DNA of 64,000 nucleotides, taken from assembly GCF_001194135.2 (NCBI RefSeq), contig NC_068986.1, positions 31,373,778 through 31,437,777 of the forward strand. The letters run 5' to 3'. Position numbers and translations under genes: made by a program. Shown here one piece after another: positions 41,542 through 55,661 of this stretch. The stretch comes from Octopus bimaculoides. Its lineage: Eukaryota. Positions within the stretch are counted from its first letter, which is position 1; the number at the start of each line of letters is the position of its first letter. Under the pieces are notes generated by a model. It was not told the DNA's origin, did not search any database, and saw only the letters and a list, made by a program, of their open reading frames with translations.

Positions 41542-42954
41542 CATAGGTGAGAAAGTTATGTGAAAGCACGTGGTTGGATGTATAAAAGATAATAAGAGTG
41601 AAAAAACTACAGAAGGCTTGTGTTAGATGGTTAAAGTATATATTTAAATTATGTCAGAAAAATGTTAGAAAAATGTTAGAAAATCTTTTTGGTATATAAA
41701 CATTGTATTTTGAGAAATACAATGTTTATATACCAAAAAGATTTTATAACATTTTTCTAACATTTTTCTTACATTTTTCTGACATAATTTAAATATATAC
41801 TTTAACCATGTAACACAAGCCTTCTGTAGTTTTTTCACTCTTATTATCTTTTATATATACATATATATACTCACACACCCATATATAGCATGATAATATA
41901 TATACACACACACACAATAGGCTTCAACACAGTTTCTGTCTATCAAAATTACTTGGAAGGTATTGGTCAGCTTGGGGGTATAGTAAGACACTTGCCCAGT
42001 GCCATGCAGTGGGACTGAACCCCAAACCACTTGATTGCAAAGTGAGTTTCTTAACCACACAGCTATACCTATACCTGTATATAAATGAAATTTCACAGCC
42101 TCTACATGAGACTATGGTTGGTAGAAAGAATATGTTGAGGCCTCTGTCCTGCAGTGAACCTGAACATAGGCAATCCAATCCAATTCAAGCATGTCTATGA
42201 GTTGAAAAAGGGTTAAATTAAAACAGGCGACCAAATCGATATCCTCTTTATTCCATCCTTTTCACTGTTTTCATTATAAATGTAATATAAAACTTCTAAA
42301 ATTTCTCAAACTCCATAACTGCAAATTCTATGAAAATTTTTCATTTATTTCACCATGTTGATTTTATTTACACATGTTTCTCATTATTCGTTCTTCTTCT
42401 ATAATATTTTAGGGGAATGTCGCTGCACAAATATTGAAGTCCCTGAGGTTTATGTTGAGGGATATTACATCATGACTGTTTGGGGCTTTAAAGAAGATCA
42501 GTCTTTAATATTTTCAAAAACCATTGATGATTTGAAGATTGTTAACAAAAACACACTAACATTTGTACAGACTGATAAATACATGTATATTCCTGGTCAA
42601 ACAGGTAATAGAAACTACTTTGTAAAATTTTTTGTTTTTTGTTCATTTTTTTTTTGTTTTTCTTTTGATATAGATTAGCCTTTTATTGTTGTTGTGAAAT
42701 TTGATTCTTTTAATCCTCACTCAACTCTGATCCAGTGTCCTATAATCAAAAGTATTCCAGCTGTAACCATCCTAAGTTCTTTCTTTTTAAACATAATTTA
42801 TTTATGATTACATTATTCAATACATCTTTACTGGGGTTTTTTTTTCTTCTAAGAAGATATGATATGGTTTAAGAGAGATATGGTTGCTGCTTCTAGCAGG
42901 TTGAGCAACTGAACTGTGTTAGGGATCCCTCATTGATCTCTGACATTTTGTTGT

Positions 42955-43008
<54 letters not shown>

Positions 43009-43218
43009 NNNNNNNNNNNNNNNNNNNNNNNNNNNNNNNNNNNNNNNNNNNNNNNNNNNNNNNNNNNNNNNNNNNNNNNNNNNNNNNNNNNNNNNNNNNN
43101 NNNNNNNNNNNNNNNNNNNNNNNNNNNNNNNNNNNNNNNNNNNNNNNNNNNNNNNNNNNNNNNNNNNNNNNNNNNNNNNNNNNNNNNNNNNNNNNNNNNN
43201 NNNNNNNNNNNNNNNNNN

Positions 43219-43280
<62 letters not shown>

Positions 43281-46200
43281 TCTAAGAATTAGAGCTACAA
43301 GTAAGAGACGTTTTTGTTAAGCCATTTCTGAACTAATTTAGCAATAAGGAAACTTCACAGATGCCAAAATTCTTAAGTTAAAGGTCAAGCAGGAATAATC
43401 AGTTCTGTAACAGACAAATAACTGAATCTCAGCACCATTATCCTTTAATTTAGTTATTTTTGGATGTTGTTTATTCTTAGGTTGGTCTCAATCAAGTAGA
43501 CTTATGATCAAAGAATTTCAACCCATAACCACCTCATTGCTTTTTCATGGAAATGTACCTTTTTTTTAAGATGATAGGACATGGTATGGCAGAGATTTTT
43601 GCTGCTATTTCTAGCAGGTCCAGCAACCTGTTTGAAAAACCAGCATATCAGTTTGTGATATTGTTTAGGGATATTACAGTTCTACCTTGTGGGTGATTAT
43701 ACAGAAATTTCTGAGGCAATCTTGAAAATGATCATGGAAACTAAATTGAAAGAATTAATTGATAATGTGAAATTTCTGATTTTCTTTTTCCAATAACATT
43801 TTACCTTTCATGTCTAAGTTATTTTCAAGACAAAAATATCAAGACAATGACACACATACACATGCACAACACAAGCTTCTTTCAGTTTCCATTTACCAAA
43901 TCCACTCACAAGGCTTTGGTCAGCTTGGGGCTATGGTAGCTGATTGAAAACTGTATTTCTAGGAGATGGCATGTCAGACATATAAGTGATGTTTGATTTT
44001 TTTCCCCATAAAATTTGTTAAAATTAATCAAACTAATTTTTTGTTTTGCAGTAAAATTCCGGATTGTCACAACCAATATCAACTTGATGAGTAAACCAGG
44101 ATTGGTTTGTATTCACCTTTAAATCGTTTTTCTTTTTCTTTTTTCAAATATTTAAATATTATTCAGTGTAAGCAATAAACATAACTTCTACTTATATAGT
44201 ATCAACATCTATGCATTAGGAAACACACCAAACTAAACAGCCTAACTGTTTGTCTCTCAACCAGAGAGCTCTGCATAGGTGCATGACCTTATTTTATTAA
44301 TTATTTATTTATAATTCATTTACATAGGCTTTGGAGTGGCTGTGTGGTAAGTAGCTTGCTTACGAACCACATGGTTCCGAGTTCGGTCCCACTGTGTGGT
44401 ACCTTGGGCAGGTGTCTTCTACTATAGCCTCAGGCCGACCAAAGCCTTGTAAGTGGATTTGATGGAAACTAAAAGAAGCCCATTGTATATATATATGTGT
44501 GTGTGTGTGTGTATACGTTTGTGTGTCTGTGTTTGTCCCCTCCAACATCACTTGACAACCGATGCTGGTGTGTTTGCGTCCCTGTAGCTTAGCGGTTCGG
44601 CAAAAGATACCGATAGAATAAGTACTAGGCTTACAAAGAATAAGTCCTGGGGTCGATTTGTTTGACTAAAGGCAGTGCTCCAGCATGGCCACAGTCAAAT
44701 GACTGAAGCAAGTAAAAGAGTAAAAAGAGAGTAAAAGAGTATGTCTATTCATATTATTGTTTGTCCATTCATTTATGTATTTGTTCAACTATTCAGGATG
44801 GATGTGAGAAATGAGGTTGTTATGTATGTTATAGCACTTTCTATAAGTTAGTGATGCTCTGCTAGGTTCTTAGATGAGTGTGCAAAAATGCCTTTCCTTG
44901 TGAAATACCTTGTTAATTCTTTTTAAGAAAGTATATATACATATATTCCATATGTGCCAGTGGCACATAAAAGCACCCACTACACTCTCGGAGTGGTTGG
45001 CATTAGGAAGGGCATCCAGCTGTAGAAACTCTGCCAGATCAGATTGGAGCCTGGTGTAGCCATCTGGTTCGCCAGTCCTCAGTCAAATCGTCCAACCCAT
45101 GCTAGCATGGAAAGTGGACGTTAAACATTGATGATGATGATGATGACAAATGAAAGATGGAAGACAGAATATACGAGAAATTATTATTAATCACAACAAT
45201 TGTTTCAACACATCAATCATCGATTCTTCATGGGTGGGACACTCAGCAACTGGTTCAGTTGTTGAGTNNNNNNNNNNNNNNNNNNNNNNNNNNNNNNNNN
45301 NNNNNNNNNNNNNNNNNNNNNNNNNNNNNNNNNNNNNNNNNNNNNNNNNNNNNNNNNNNNNNNNNNNNNNNNNNNNNNNNNNNNNNNNNNNNNNNNNNNN
45401 NNNNNNNNNNNNNNNNNNNNNNNNNNNNNNNNNNNNNNNNNNNNNNNNNNNNNNNNNNNNNNNNNNNNNNNNNNNNNNNNNNNNNNNNNNNNNNNNNNNN
45501 NNNNNNNNNNNNNNNNNNNNNNNNNNNNNNNNNNNNNNNNNNNNNNNNNNNNNNNNNNNNNNNNNNNNNNNNNNNNNNNNNNNNNNNNNNNNNNNNNNNN
45601 NNNNNNNNNNNNNNNNNNNNNNNNNNNNNNNNNNNNNNNNNNNNNNNNNNNNNNNNNNNNNNNNNNNNNNNNNNNNNNNNNNNNNNNNNNNNNNNNNNNN
45701 NNNNNNNNNNNNNNNNNNNNNNNNNNNNNNNNNNNNNNNNNNNNNNNNNNNNNNNNNNNNNNNNNNNNNNNNNNNNNNNNNNNNNNNNNNNNNNNNNNNN
45801 NNNNNNNNNNNNNNNNNNNNNNNNNNNNNNNNNNNNNNNNNNNNNNNNNNNNNNNNNNNNNNNNNNNNNNNNNNNNNNNNNNNNNNNNNNNNNNNNNNNN
45901 NNNNNNNNNNNNNNNNNNNNNNNNNNNNNNNNNNNNNNNNNNNNNNNNNNNNNNNNNTTATTCTTTAGAAGCCTAGTACTTATTCTATCAGTCTGTATTG
46001 CCGAACCGCTAAGTTACGGGGACATAAACACACCAGCATCGGTTGTCAAGCGATGTTGGGGGGACAAACGCGGACACACAAACACATATATATATATATA
46101 TACATATATACGACGGGCTTCTTTCAGTTTCTGTCTACCAAATCCACTCACCAGGCTTTGGTCGACCCGAGGCTATAGTAGAAGACACTTACCCAAGATG

Positions 46201-48795
46201 CCACGCAGTGGGACTGAACCCGGGACCATGTGGCTGGTAAGTAAGCTACTTACCACACAGCCACTCCTACGCCTGTAAATTTTGTTCGTGTTCATGGTGT
46301 GACATTTATCACTTTGGTTTCGAGAGTAGTAACGAGATTGTTAAAAATAATTTGTTTTTGCATAAAATCCACAAGTTTTAGGATAGATAAAAAAGAAGTT
46401 CTGACATTCATGCCTTTTCTAAGCTCATTAACAACTCAGGTGGATTAAACCAATTCTAACTAGGAAATTAAATGAATTTGGTTTCTCAAGAATTGCTTTC
46501 TAAGATACATAAAAACCTCAGTGTAGAGGAACCAAAAGTTGGATAATTCCCTTCCATTATTAGAACATTAATCTTTATGATAACTTACATGAGATTACTC
46601 TATTTCTGTGATAAATTCCTCATTTAAAGTGTTCATACTTAAATTAAAACTTTCCAACAGAATTCTATAGAAGACCATTTTGTTATGTTCCGACATCAGC
46701 TTAATAATGAAAAACTTCAGTGATTTTAGTAAATACTTCTAATTTCTTAATTATTTTCTAAATTAATTAGAACCTATTGACAGTGTATTGAATTAGAAGT
46801 ATCATCATGAAAGGGTTATGGACATTAAGTGAATTAACAACTGTTAGGAATCAAAACTGAACAATAAAATTAGCTTAACATCACACTTTTTTTAATATTT
46901 TAAGCTATTTTCCTGGGGTACACTCACATCTTAATATCTTTTAAAATTATTTTATTTTAATTGATACTGATGGTGTTGGCAGTGGTGGCGACAGCTGCAG
47001 CGGCAGCAGCTGGTGGGGACAACGATGACAACATAGACATGAATACTGACATTTTGAGGAGAAGAATTATCAGTGTTGCTATGTTTAAAGTTTTACCAAG
47101 GCCATTAAAAATATAATTGAAATGCAGTAGTTCCAATTAGGAATCGAGTCCTGGTCATAAACTTCATTCCTCAATAAATTATGGCACCATCTAGAAGACA
47201 GTTATTAACAGGATTTCACTATTTCTTCTTGTCTTCATGTTTTAAAATCATTCTAAAATTATTCATCAGATGAAATATTAGTTCCTTTATATCTTTAGTC
47301 TGTTTTTACTTGTCTCTATGACACAGAAATATATTATCTAAACATCAAGCTAAGCAAAATAATGGCCATCCATACCTACATGCTTGTCTTTCATGTCCCT
47401 CTCTCAACTGAGAGGTCCTAGTTTTGTGGGCTCATAGGTGCTGGTGGTGCATAAAAGCACCTGTGCCAGTATTGCTTAAAAGCACCCATGTCAAAACATC
47501 TATGCTGGTTCCACATAAAAGTGCCCAGAATGGTGCCACATAAAAGTGCCTTAGGATGGTGCCACATAAAAGTGGAACACTAGGAATGTACCCTGGGTGT
47601 CAAGTGGGTGGCAGCCCGAAAAAGTTTAGGAACCTCTGGTTGATATGATTGGAAGTATAATTTCAAAGTGTTCATGATGTCATAGTGAGGATCTGATCAA
47701 AGACTTCGCAATTAAAGAAAAAAGTAAGAGAAAAGTTTTCAAATATAAAGTGGAAGTATACAAAAATAAACATTCTTTACCCCATCTTACTCTCTTTACT
47801 TGTTTCAGTCATTTGACTGCGGCCATGCTGGAGCACCACCTTTAGTTGAGAAAATTGACCCCAGGACTTATTCTTTGGATGCCTAGTACTTATTCTATCA
47901 GTCTCTTTTGCCGAACCGCTAGGTTACGGGGACGTAAACACACCACCATCGGTCATCAAGCAATGTTGGAGGGACAAACACAGACACACAAACTGTTAGT
48001 TTTGTTTCATTTTGAAAACTAAAATTTATTTTATGGGTTTATTATTGTTTATATTTTGAATTACGTATAAATATAGAGGGCTCGAAAATCTTTTAAGTGC
48101 TTAGGGCCTCTGTGGGTCCTAATCCAAACCTAGTTGTTCTCAATATAAAAAGACAGTCATGACAAGAATACATTTTGATTAAAGGTCTGCTTAATCAGGA
48201 CTGCCTTGGGTTAAAAAAAACATGGACAACAACCATAACAACTACTTTTATCAGCAAAGAACATCTTTACAAAAATCAACAATGCCATATTAGGGAGCAC
48301 TTTTATGGTTACTTGAAATGCTCTATATAACAGTCAAATCCCTAGTGCCTTTAAAATAAGGAGCACATGGTTTCCATCTTGTAAAAGACAGTCGACAGAT
48401 TGGCTGTGACTGAAAAACACTGAATGCTTTGTTCAGTCAGCTACCTCTGTGATATTTTTTCTATCCAAGCAGAACCGACTGAGACTACCAAAAATCAGGA
48501 ACATTATTATTATAACAAAGAATATCTTTATCATTGTACAAATATATAAACTCTTATTGCATAGTTCCTTTTTGTTTTATAGTTTGCTAGGTTTTTTTTT
48601 TTTAATTCTTAACTAAGCTTTGTTTAGAAAAAATGTCTAAGCTTTGTTGTGCTTATCTTCTCAGATATCTGAAGTAGCTGTTTTAAATCCCAATGGTATC
48701 AAGATGAAGAAATGGGCAGATATTTTTAACCAGAAAGGTATGCTTCTTTAATTATTTCAAATATGGATGATGAGATAATGATGATAATAATAATG

Positions 48796-48827
<32 letters not shown>

Positions 48828-51800
48828 CCTTTCTATTATAATAGGTACAAGGTCTGAAATTTTGGGGGAGGGGTACAGTCAATTACATCACCCCCAGTGA
48901 TCAACTGGTACTTATTTTATCAATCCGAAAAGATGAAAGTTAAAGTTGACCATGGTGGAATTTGAACTCAGAATGTGAAGATGGACGAAACGTCACCAAG
49001 CATTTTGCCCAGTGTGCTAACAATTCTGCCAGCTTGCTATCTTCAAAAAAGTATAATTCTATCACAAGTCCCCTGTAAGGATCATGGCCCCTGGCTTACA
49101 AGACCAGTGCTCTACCTACTGAGCTATCTAGGCAACAATGATGATTTCAAATTTTGGTGCTTGGCCAGCAATTTCAGGGTCAGGGGATAAGTCAATTACA
49201 TTGACCCAGTGTTCAACTGGTACTTATTTTATCAACCCCAAAAGATAAAAAAGGTAAAGTCAATCTCGGAATGTAAAGATGGATGCCATGTTGCTAAGCA
49301 TTTTGCCAGTTTACCACCTTAATAATAGTGATTTATTGTTATTCTTATTAATTTTGGAACATGGTCAACGATTATGAGGGGAGGAGACAAGATGACTACA
49401 TCAACTCCAGTACTTCAGTGATACTATATTTCAATGGTCCTACAAAGATGAAAGACAAAGTTGACTTCAGTAGAATTTGAACCCAGAATGTAAAACCCAG
49501 GAATAATGCCACTAAGCATTTTGTTTGACATGCTAATAATTCTGCCATCTCACCACCTTAATAATAATAATAATAATAATAATGCGAGCTGGTAGAAACG
49601 TTAGCACGCCGGGCGAAATGCTTAGCGGTATTTCGTTTGCCGTTACGTTCTGAGTTCAAATTCTGCCGAGGTTGACTTTGCCTTTTATCCTTTCAGGGTC
49701 GATGAATTAAGTACCTGGTAATGTGCTACACACTTTATCGTTCCTACAAGAATGAAAAATATAGTTGTTTACATTGCCAAGATCAAATACAGTTTTAAAG
49801 GGATATGGCTAAAATACGGCAAGGTACTTTTGTCTGTCACTTTACCAATTCTGCTAGAGTAAATCTCAATCTTTTTGTTATAGGAATATGAAAAATCTTT
49901 AAAACAATTTCCAATTAACAAATAATGTTTCTGTTTTATTTTTTGTTGTCATATAATATTTAAAAATATGGTTTTTCCCTAATAATTTATAATGGTGGAA
50001 TATTGGTTTATTTTAATATTTTAATTAACATTTAAACTCTAATTATTCTTTGCTAAAATTTAGTAGAATTGGACACTGGAATTACGTGAAAATAAGACCT
50101 GAAATTGCAATCTCTTATTAATGGCAATACTTAGCTTCAAGTTGTTGTTTCTTTGTTTCTCCTTGCATTTTTTTTTATCTCCTTTGTTTTACATCATGTA
50201 TTTTCATGAAAATCTTTTTTACGATGTGTGTTTGAACGTTTTCTTACATGCAAACCACACAATGGAGGAGGATGTCATTACTTTTTGTAAGAACATAAAT
50301 GTTTCCCCTTTGGGTTTTTACAATGAACAGTTTTCATAGAGCAACAGAATTGGCCACCATCTGTTAAATTGTGTTTACTTTCCCCTTGAGATATTGCCTA
50401 GGCTATGTGAAAGCTGTGTATTTTTTGTAGAAATAACAAACTTCTTATGGACATCTTTTAGTTTTTACTCTTTGAACATTTATTATTCATTCATTCATTC
50501 ATTCACACACCCATACTCACAAAGCCATTAGTATTTTTTTGTTTTGTTTTATATGGCAGATTGTTTTTAAAGGCATTATAAATTAGGGTTGTCTTTTTTT
50601 TTTTTTTAAGTCAATTATAAACTTTGAATTTTGCTTTTCTGAGAGAAATAATTAAAATCTAAAAAAAACATTTTGACTAATTTATATTACTACTATTTTG
50701 CCTTTAAAAAAATAACAAAAAGGCAATATAAAATCAACACTTAAAAAATAGGTAACTTCACATTGTATAAACATCAAAGAATATATTCTTTAGAATAATT
50801 TGGAATGAGTAGTATTAGTTATAAATTTATTGTCAATCTTTATTTCATTTCCAAAAAAACAGAAGCAGAAAAATAGATCAAATAAAGGTGAATTGCTTAT
50901 TTTTCTGAAACTGTTGTTTAAAAAAATATTGCATTACTAATAAATTAACTAACTTTATTAATTCCAAAGAATACATGAAACAATTGGTGAATATATCTTA
51001 TTTAAAATCAGTTTTCCTATTTATAGTATCATAAGTTGGGCTGTTTTCAAGTGAAAATTTATAAACTGTTAGAACAGAGGATTGTTCCTGTACTTGCCAG
51101 GAAAACTAAAACAGTGTTATTCCTCTTATTCTTCACTGCATACTGTATATTATGACATATAAAGTGCACTTTTTACCAAAAAATTCCCCCCAAAATGTCA
51201 CCCTGCACCTTACATACAACACACACATGTTCATCCATCAAAGTGACAAAAACCATCTACTCATCTTTAAGGATGACTGATGACTTATGTGGTAATTTTA
51301 TTTAAAATATAAAGAGAAGTTGCATTTGACCACCCTCACTCTCTCATCCATGACCATCTCCAATCTAGTTGCAAGACCGGATCAAGATGACTGGAGATGG
51401 AGATGGATGCAGTTGATGACCAAAATGTCTTGGTTGCCTCATGTTGCTCTCAGAACTTCACAATGCATTGCTGCAGCCACCTTCCTTTCCATTGAACCAT
51501 AAATGTTTTCTTCTGCAGAGTCCACTAGAGTCAGTCAACACACACACACACACACACCATATCACACTACGTCACACCACACACACCATATTACACTACA
51601 TCACCACACCAAACACAACCACACACATGCACATATATAATAAGCTTAGGTTATGTAATTCCACTAAATGTTTGATATGAATTTAATATTTCTTCATTTT
51701 TGTATTGTGTCTAAAATTATATAAAATATCTTTGTTTTCATGCTAAACTTTTAGAAACTTGTCCTGCAAAAAACTTTCTCAAAACTTTTCAAAACATTCT

Positions 51801-53386
51801 TAATATTTAGGACTGCTCAGTTTCAAATTCCAAATTGCCCCACAGCCTGTTCTGGGTAAATGGAAAATAAAAGTTGTTGATGGTTCTAAGTTCACTGATT
51901 TTGAATTTGAAGTCCAAAAATATGGTAAGTGTGTGTCTGTGTTTTTGTTTTCTTTCTCAATATGTACATTCTATTTAGTGCATCATTGTATTTTAAAAGA
52001 GATTAATTTCTTAATTGAGCATAACACATTGGTTTACTGGCTTATATTAGGTTATTGATAAACCATGCAAATCTTCTTTTCTTTCCCAAGTATACAGTGG
52101 TGAAATGTTGTTAATTGAATGCAAAGTATTTCAGTAATTAGCAATAATAGAAATAATGATTTATTCAAATAAAGCAAATGCCTGCAGCAGGATTAAAAAT
52201 TTCAGCCTCTTGTTTATATTTTTAGCATTTCATTTTTAAATGTTTAGAGGAGAAAATGTTAGAGGAGAAAAAGGCTGTGAGAAATGACCCTTCTCAGTGT
52301 CAGTCTTAATATTTGTTTTGGCCGGCTAAGTGGACTAGAGCAATAGGAATTAAAATACATTGCTCAAGGACTCATTGCAACCTCCTAGAACAAGAATTGA
52401 AGCCATAACTATATGATCAAAAATTTCAGTTGTCTAAACACTGAGCTATACATTTCATGTATGTGTGTTTTACCAATGTATATCAGTCAAGGATATAAAC
52501 ACTGTGAGATATTTGTTCTGCAACAATTTACAAGAATTTCATTTGTCACCCTCATTGTCAGAAATACTGCGAACCAGTGATTGACTCAGTGGAAAACTGT
52601 AGCTAAAGATTCTATTGTTCAAAAGCTACAATAGAAAATAAATATATGATTTCCTTGAACAGTTGGTGTCAGTTATACCTCATAACAATATATTTGTATC
52701 CAAAATAAAAATTATTATATATAATCTTAAACCTTTTTCTTGATTTCAGTTTTGCCAAAATTTGAAGTATCCATTGAAGGCCCCTCATACCTTCTGGTGA
52801 ACACGAAAAGATTTGATGTCAAAGTTTGTTCACAGTCAGTATGCTCATACATTTTATTTTCTCCCTTCGTTTTTTTTGTAGTTTCTTCTTTCTTATAAAA
52901 TAATTTCTTATATATATATATATATATGTCCAGCTTAGAAGTTTGAGTTCAATATTCTTGTAAGTAATATTTTCAATTTGGGTCTTTCCATCTTTTGACC
53001 TGGTCAAACCAGCCAATGAAAATAAAACAATTTGAGGTCATCTACCTTCACTCTGAATGTATCCAAGATAAAGGGGAAAACTTAGGTTCCTCCATTTATC
53101 TTTTTATTGCCTAAAGCCTTTCACATGGCATGAATTTCTGTACAGTCTGGGTGAATCACCTCCTGTATACACACACACACACACACACACACACTAGCAT
53201 ACCCGTGTCAACAAAAATGCAGTTTTATTATTGATAGAGAATGGCACATCAAAGCAATGGGAAAAACCATTGATTATTGTCAGGAATCTAGTAAACATAT
53301 GTACACACACAGAATTGAAGCACTTGAAGAATCAGATATGGTTGTAATGAAAATATCACCTACATAATGCATGTGTGTATACACAC

Positions 53387-53426
<40 letters not shown>

Positions 53427-55222
53427 ACACATTTATATATATATGTATGTACATACACACACACACATATATATATAAGCATACATACATATGGAGGTCT
53501 TTTTTCAGTTTCCATTTACCATATCAACTCACAAGCATTTGGTCTACCCTACAATATAATTGAAGAATATACAAATATATGTATATATAAATATAAATGG
53601 TAACATTTTTTTTGCCACTATAACATGGCTGTTCTATAAAGAACTATGTTACTACATTTTAACCCCAGGAAAACGTTTTTTGCTGTTAGTTAACGACACA
53701 CAACCTGTGTCCAATATGTTGTGAGTAAGGGAGCAAATCACTCCCCTCCAGCTTGGCAAGACCAGTAGACCATGGTTTCTGGGTCTTTACCCTTCATCAG
53801 TAAATAAAGTTAGGTAAGGCTGGTTTATGGGATTACCCTGGGTTTCACATCCATAAAGTGCTTAGCATTACAGCATATCATCAGATCCCAAACGTGTTGG
53901 CTTATAGTCTCTCTAGTGAGTGTCCTCTCTAGAAAATAGAGTGGGGACGGACCTCGCTACTCAGTGTCAACAAGAGATTGTATCCCTTTGGCTATTGATC
54001 ATAAGTGACCGTGTTATCTTGTGAGCTCCAATAGGCCAGCAGGAATTTCCTGAAATGCAAGCACAGTCCAAAGACCTCCTTCAATAATGCTCCCCACCTC
54101 CCAGTTGAGTGGTTTTTGTCTTGCAAGTTCTTTGATGATCGACCCCAGGACTTATTCTTTGTAAGCCTAGTACTTACTCTATCAGTCTCTTTTGCCGGAC
54201 TGCTAAGTTATGGGGACGCAAACACACCAGCATTGGTTGTCAAGTGATGTTGGGGGGACAAACACAGACACACAAACACACACACACACACACACACGCA
54301 CACACATATATATGTATATACATATATATATACGATGGACTTCTTTCAGTTTCTGTCTACCAAATCCACTCACAAGGCTTTGGTCGGCCCGAGGCTATAG
54401 TAGAAGACACTTGCCCAAGGTGCCACGCAGTGGGACTGAACCCAGAACCATGTGGTTGGTAAGCAAGCTACTTACCACACAGCCACTCCTGCACCTATTT
54501 GTTCATTCCTTGGAAATGTTTTTATGATATACAGTCCCATCCACCCTGTCACTTAAAAATTAAGAGACAAAAAAAAAAGAAGTCAGTTAATACAAATTCT
54601 ATCATTCACAACATACATTTAGTTTAACATGGAGCCTAATTTTCCTTCAAGTATCTCTCCTCATCATTATAAGTCTTTAGGTTTTTTTCTTTGTTACATG
54701 TTTGTTTTTGATTATTATTTTTTGAGTGGTGAGAACATTTTTTGTTTCTTCTTTGCTTTCAAACTAAACAAACAATCTATTTGACAGTATATAAGAACTT
54801 ATCCTTCTTTATACACCAAAAATATATTACCTAAATAGTGATAAATTTCTCTTTAATAAGCTTTTGTCTTCCATGGTAGTTTCTTGTTTTTACTTCTTTT
54901 GAATCTTTCGTCTTTATTTCTCTGGTGCCCCTTCATTTTATTTTTTATTTTTTTGTTACATCCTTCCTTAAGTACTTTTTTGTGGTTTATTTATTCATTT
55001 ATTATTGTTATTTTATTTATTTATTGGTTTTGTTTTATTTTTGATTTTAACATTACCTCCATCCCTCTCCAGTTAACATTATAATCTCCTTTTGGTGATA
55101 TATCTGTTTACAGAGCTGTTCTGTTTGATGGATGTGTATACACTCACCCACACAGTTACTGATTCAAACCAGTGCATGTGTGTGTGAGTGTGTGTTCATA
55201 TGCATACACACATGTGCATATG

Positions 55223-55263
<41 letters not shown>

Positions 55264-55611
55264 TCAATCACTCGTTCACAGACAAAAATATTGCTCACAC
55301 ATGGCCATATACATCATGTATGTGTGTGTGTGTAAGTTTGTGTAACACACATACATACACACATGAAGATTTATTTATCCCCACCTCCACTCTGCATCAT
55401 AAATGTAACTCACACATGGTCATACACACACACACACATACACACACACACATACACACACACATGCACACACACACACATACACACACACACACATACA
55501 CACATAAAACACTGTCAGCTTATTTCTTCCTGCTGACTTTCAACCTCTTCCCCATCCCACCTTGACTCCCCTACACATACACACAAGTTCCCCCCTTTCT
55601 CTTTCTCCTAT

Positions 55612-55661
<50 letters not shown>

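Noticed and set aside
51320-51502. 60-aa ORF within the A2M intron
   Set aside because: It is not needed for, and not phase-compatible with, the continuous A2M frame, and it has no family motif.
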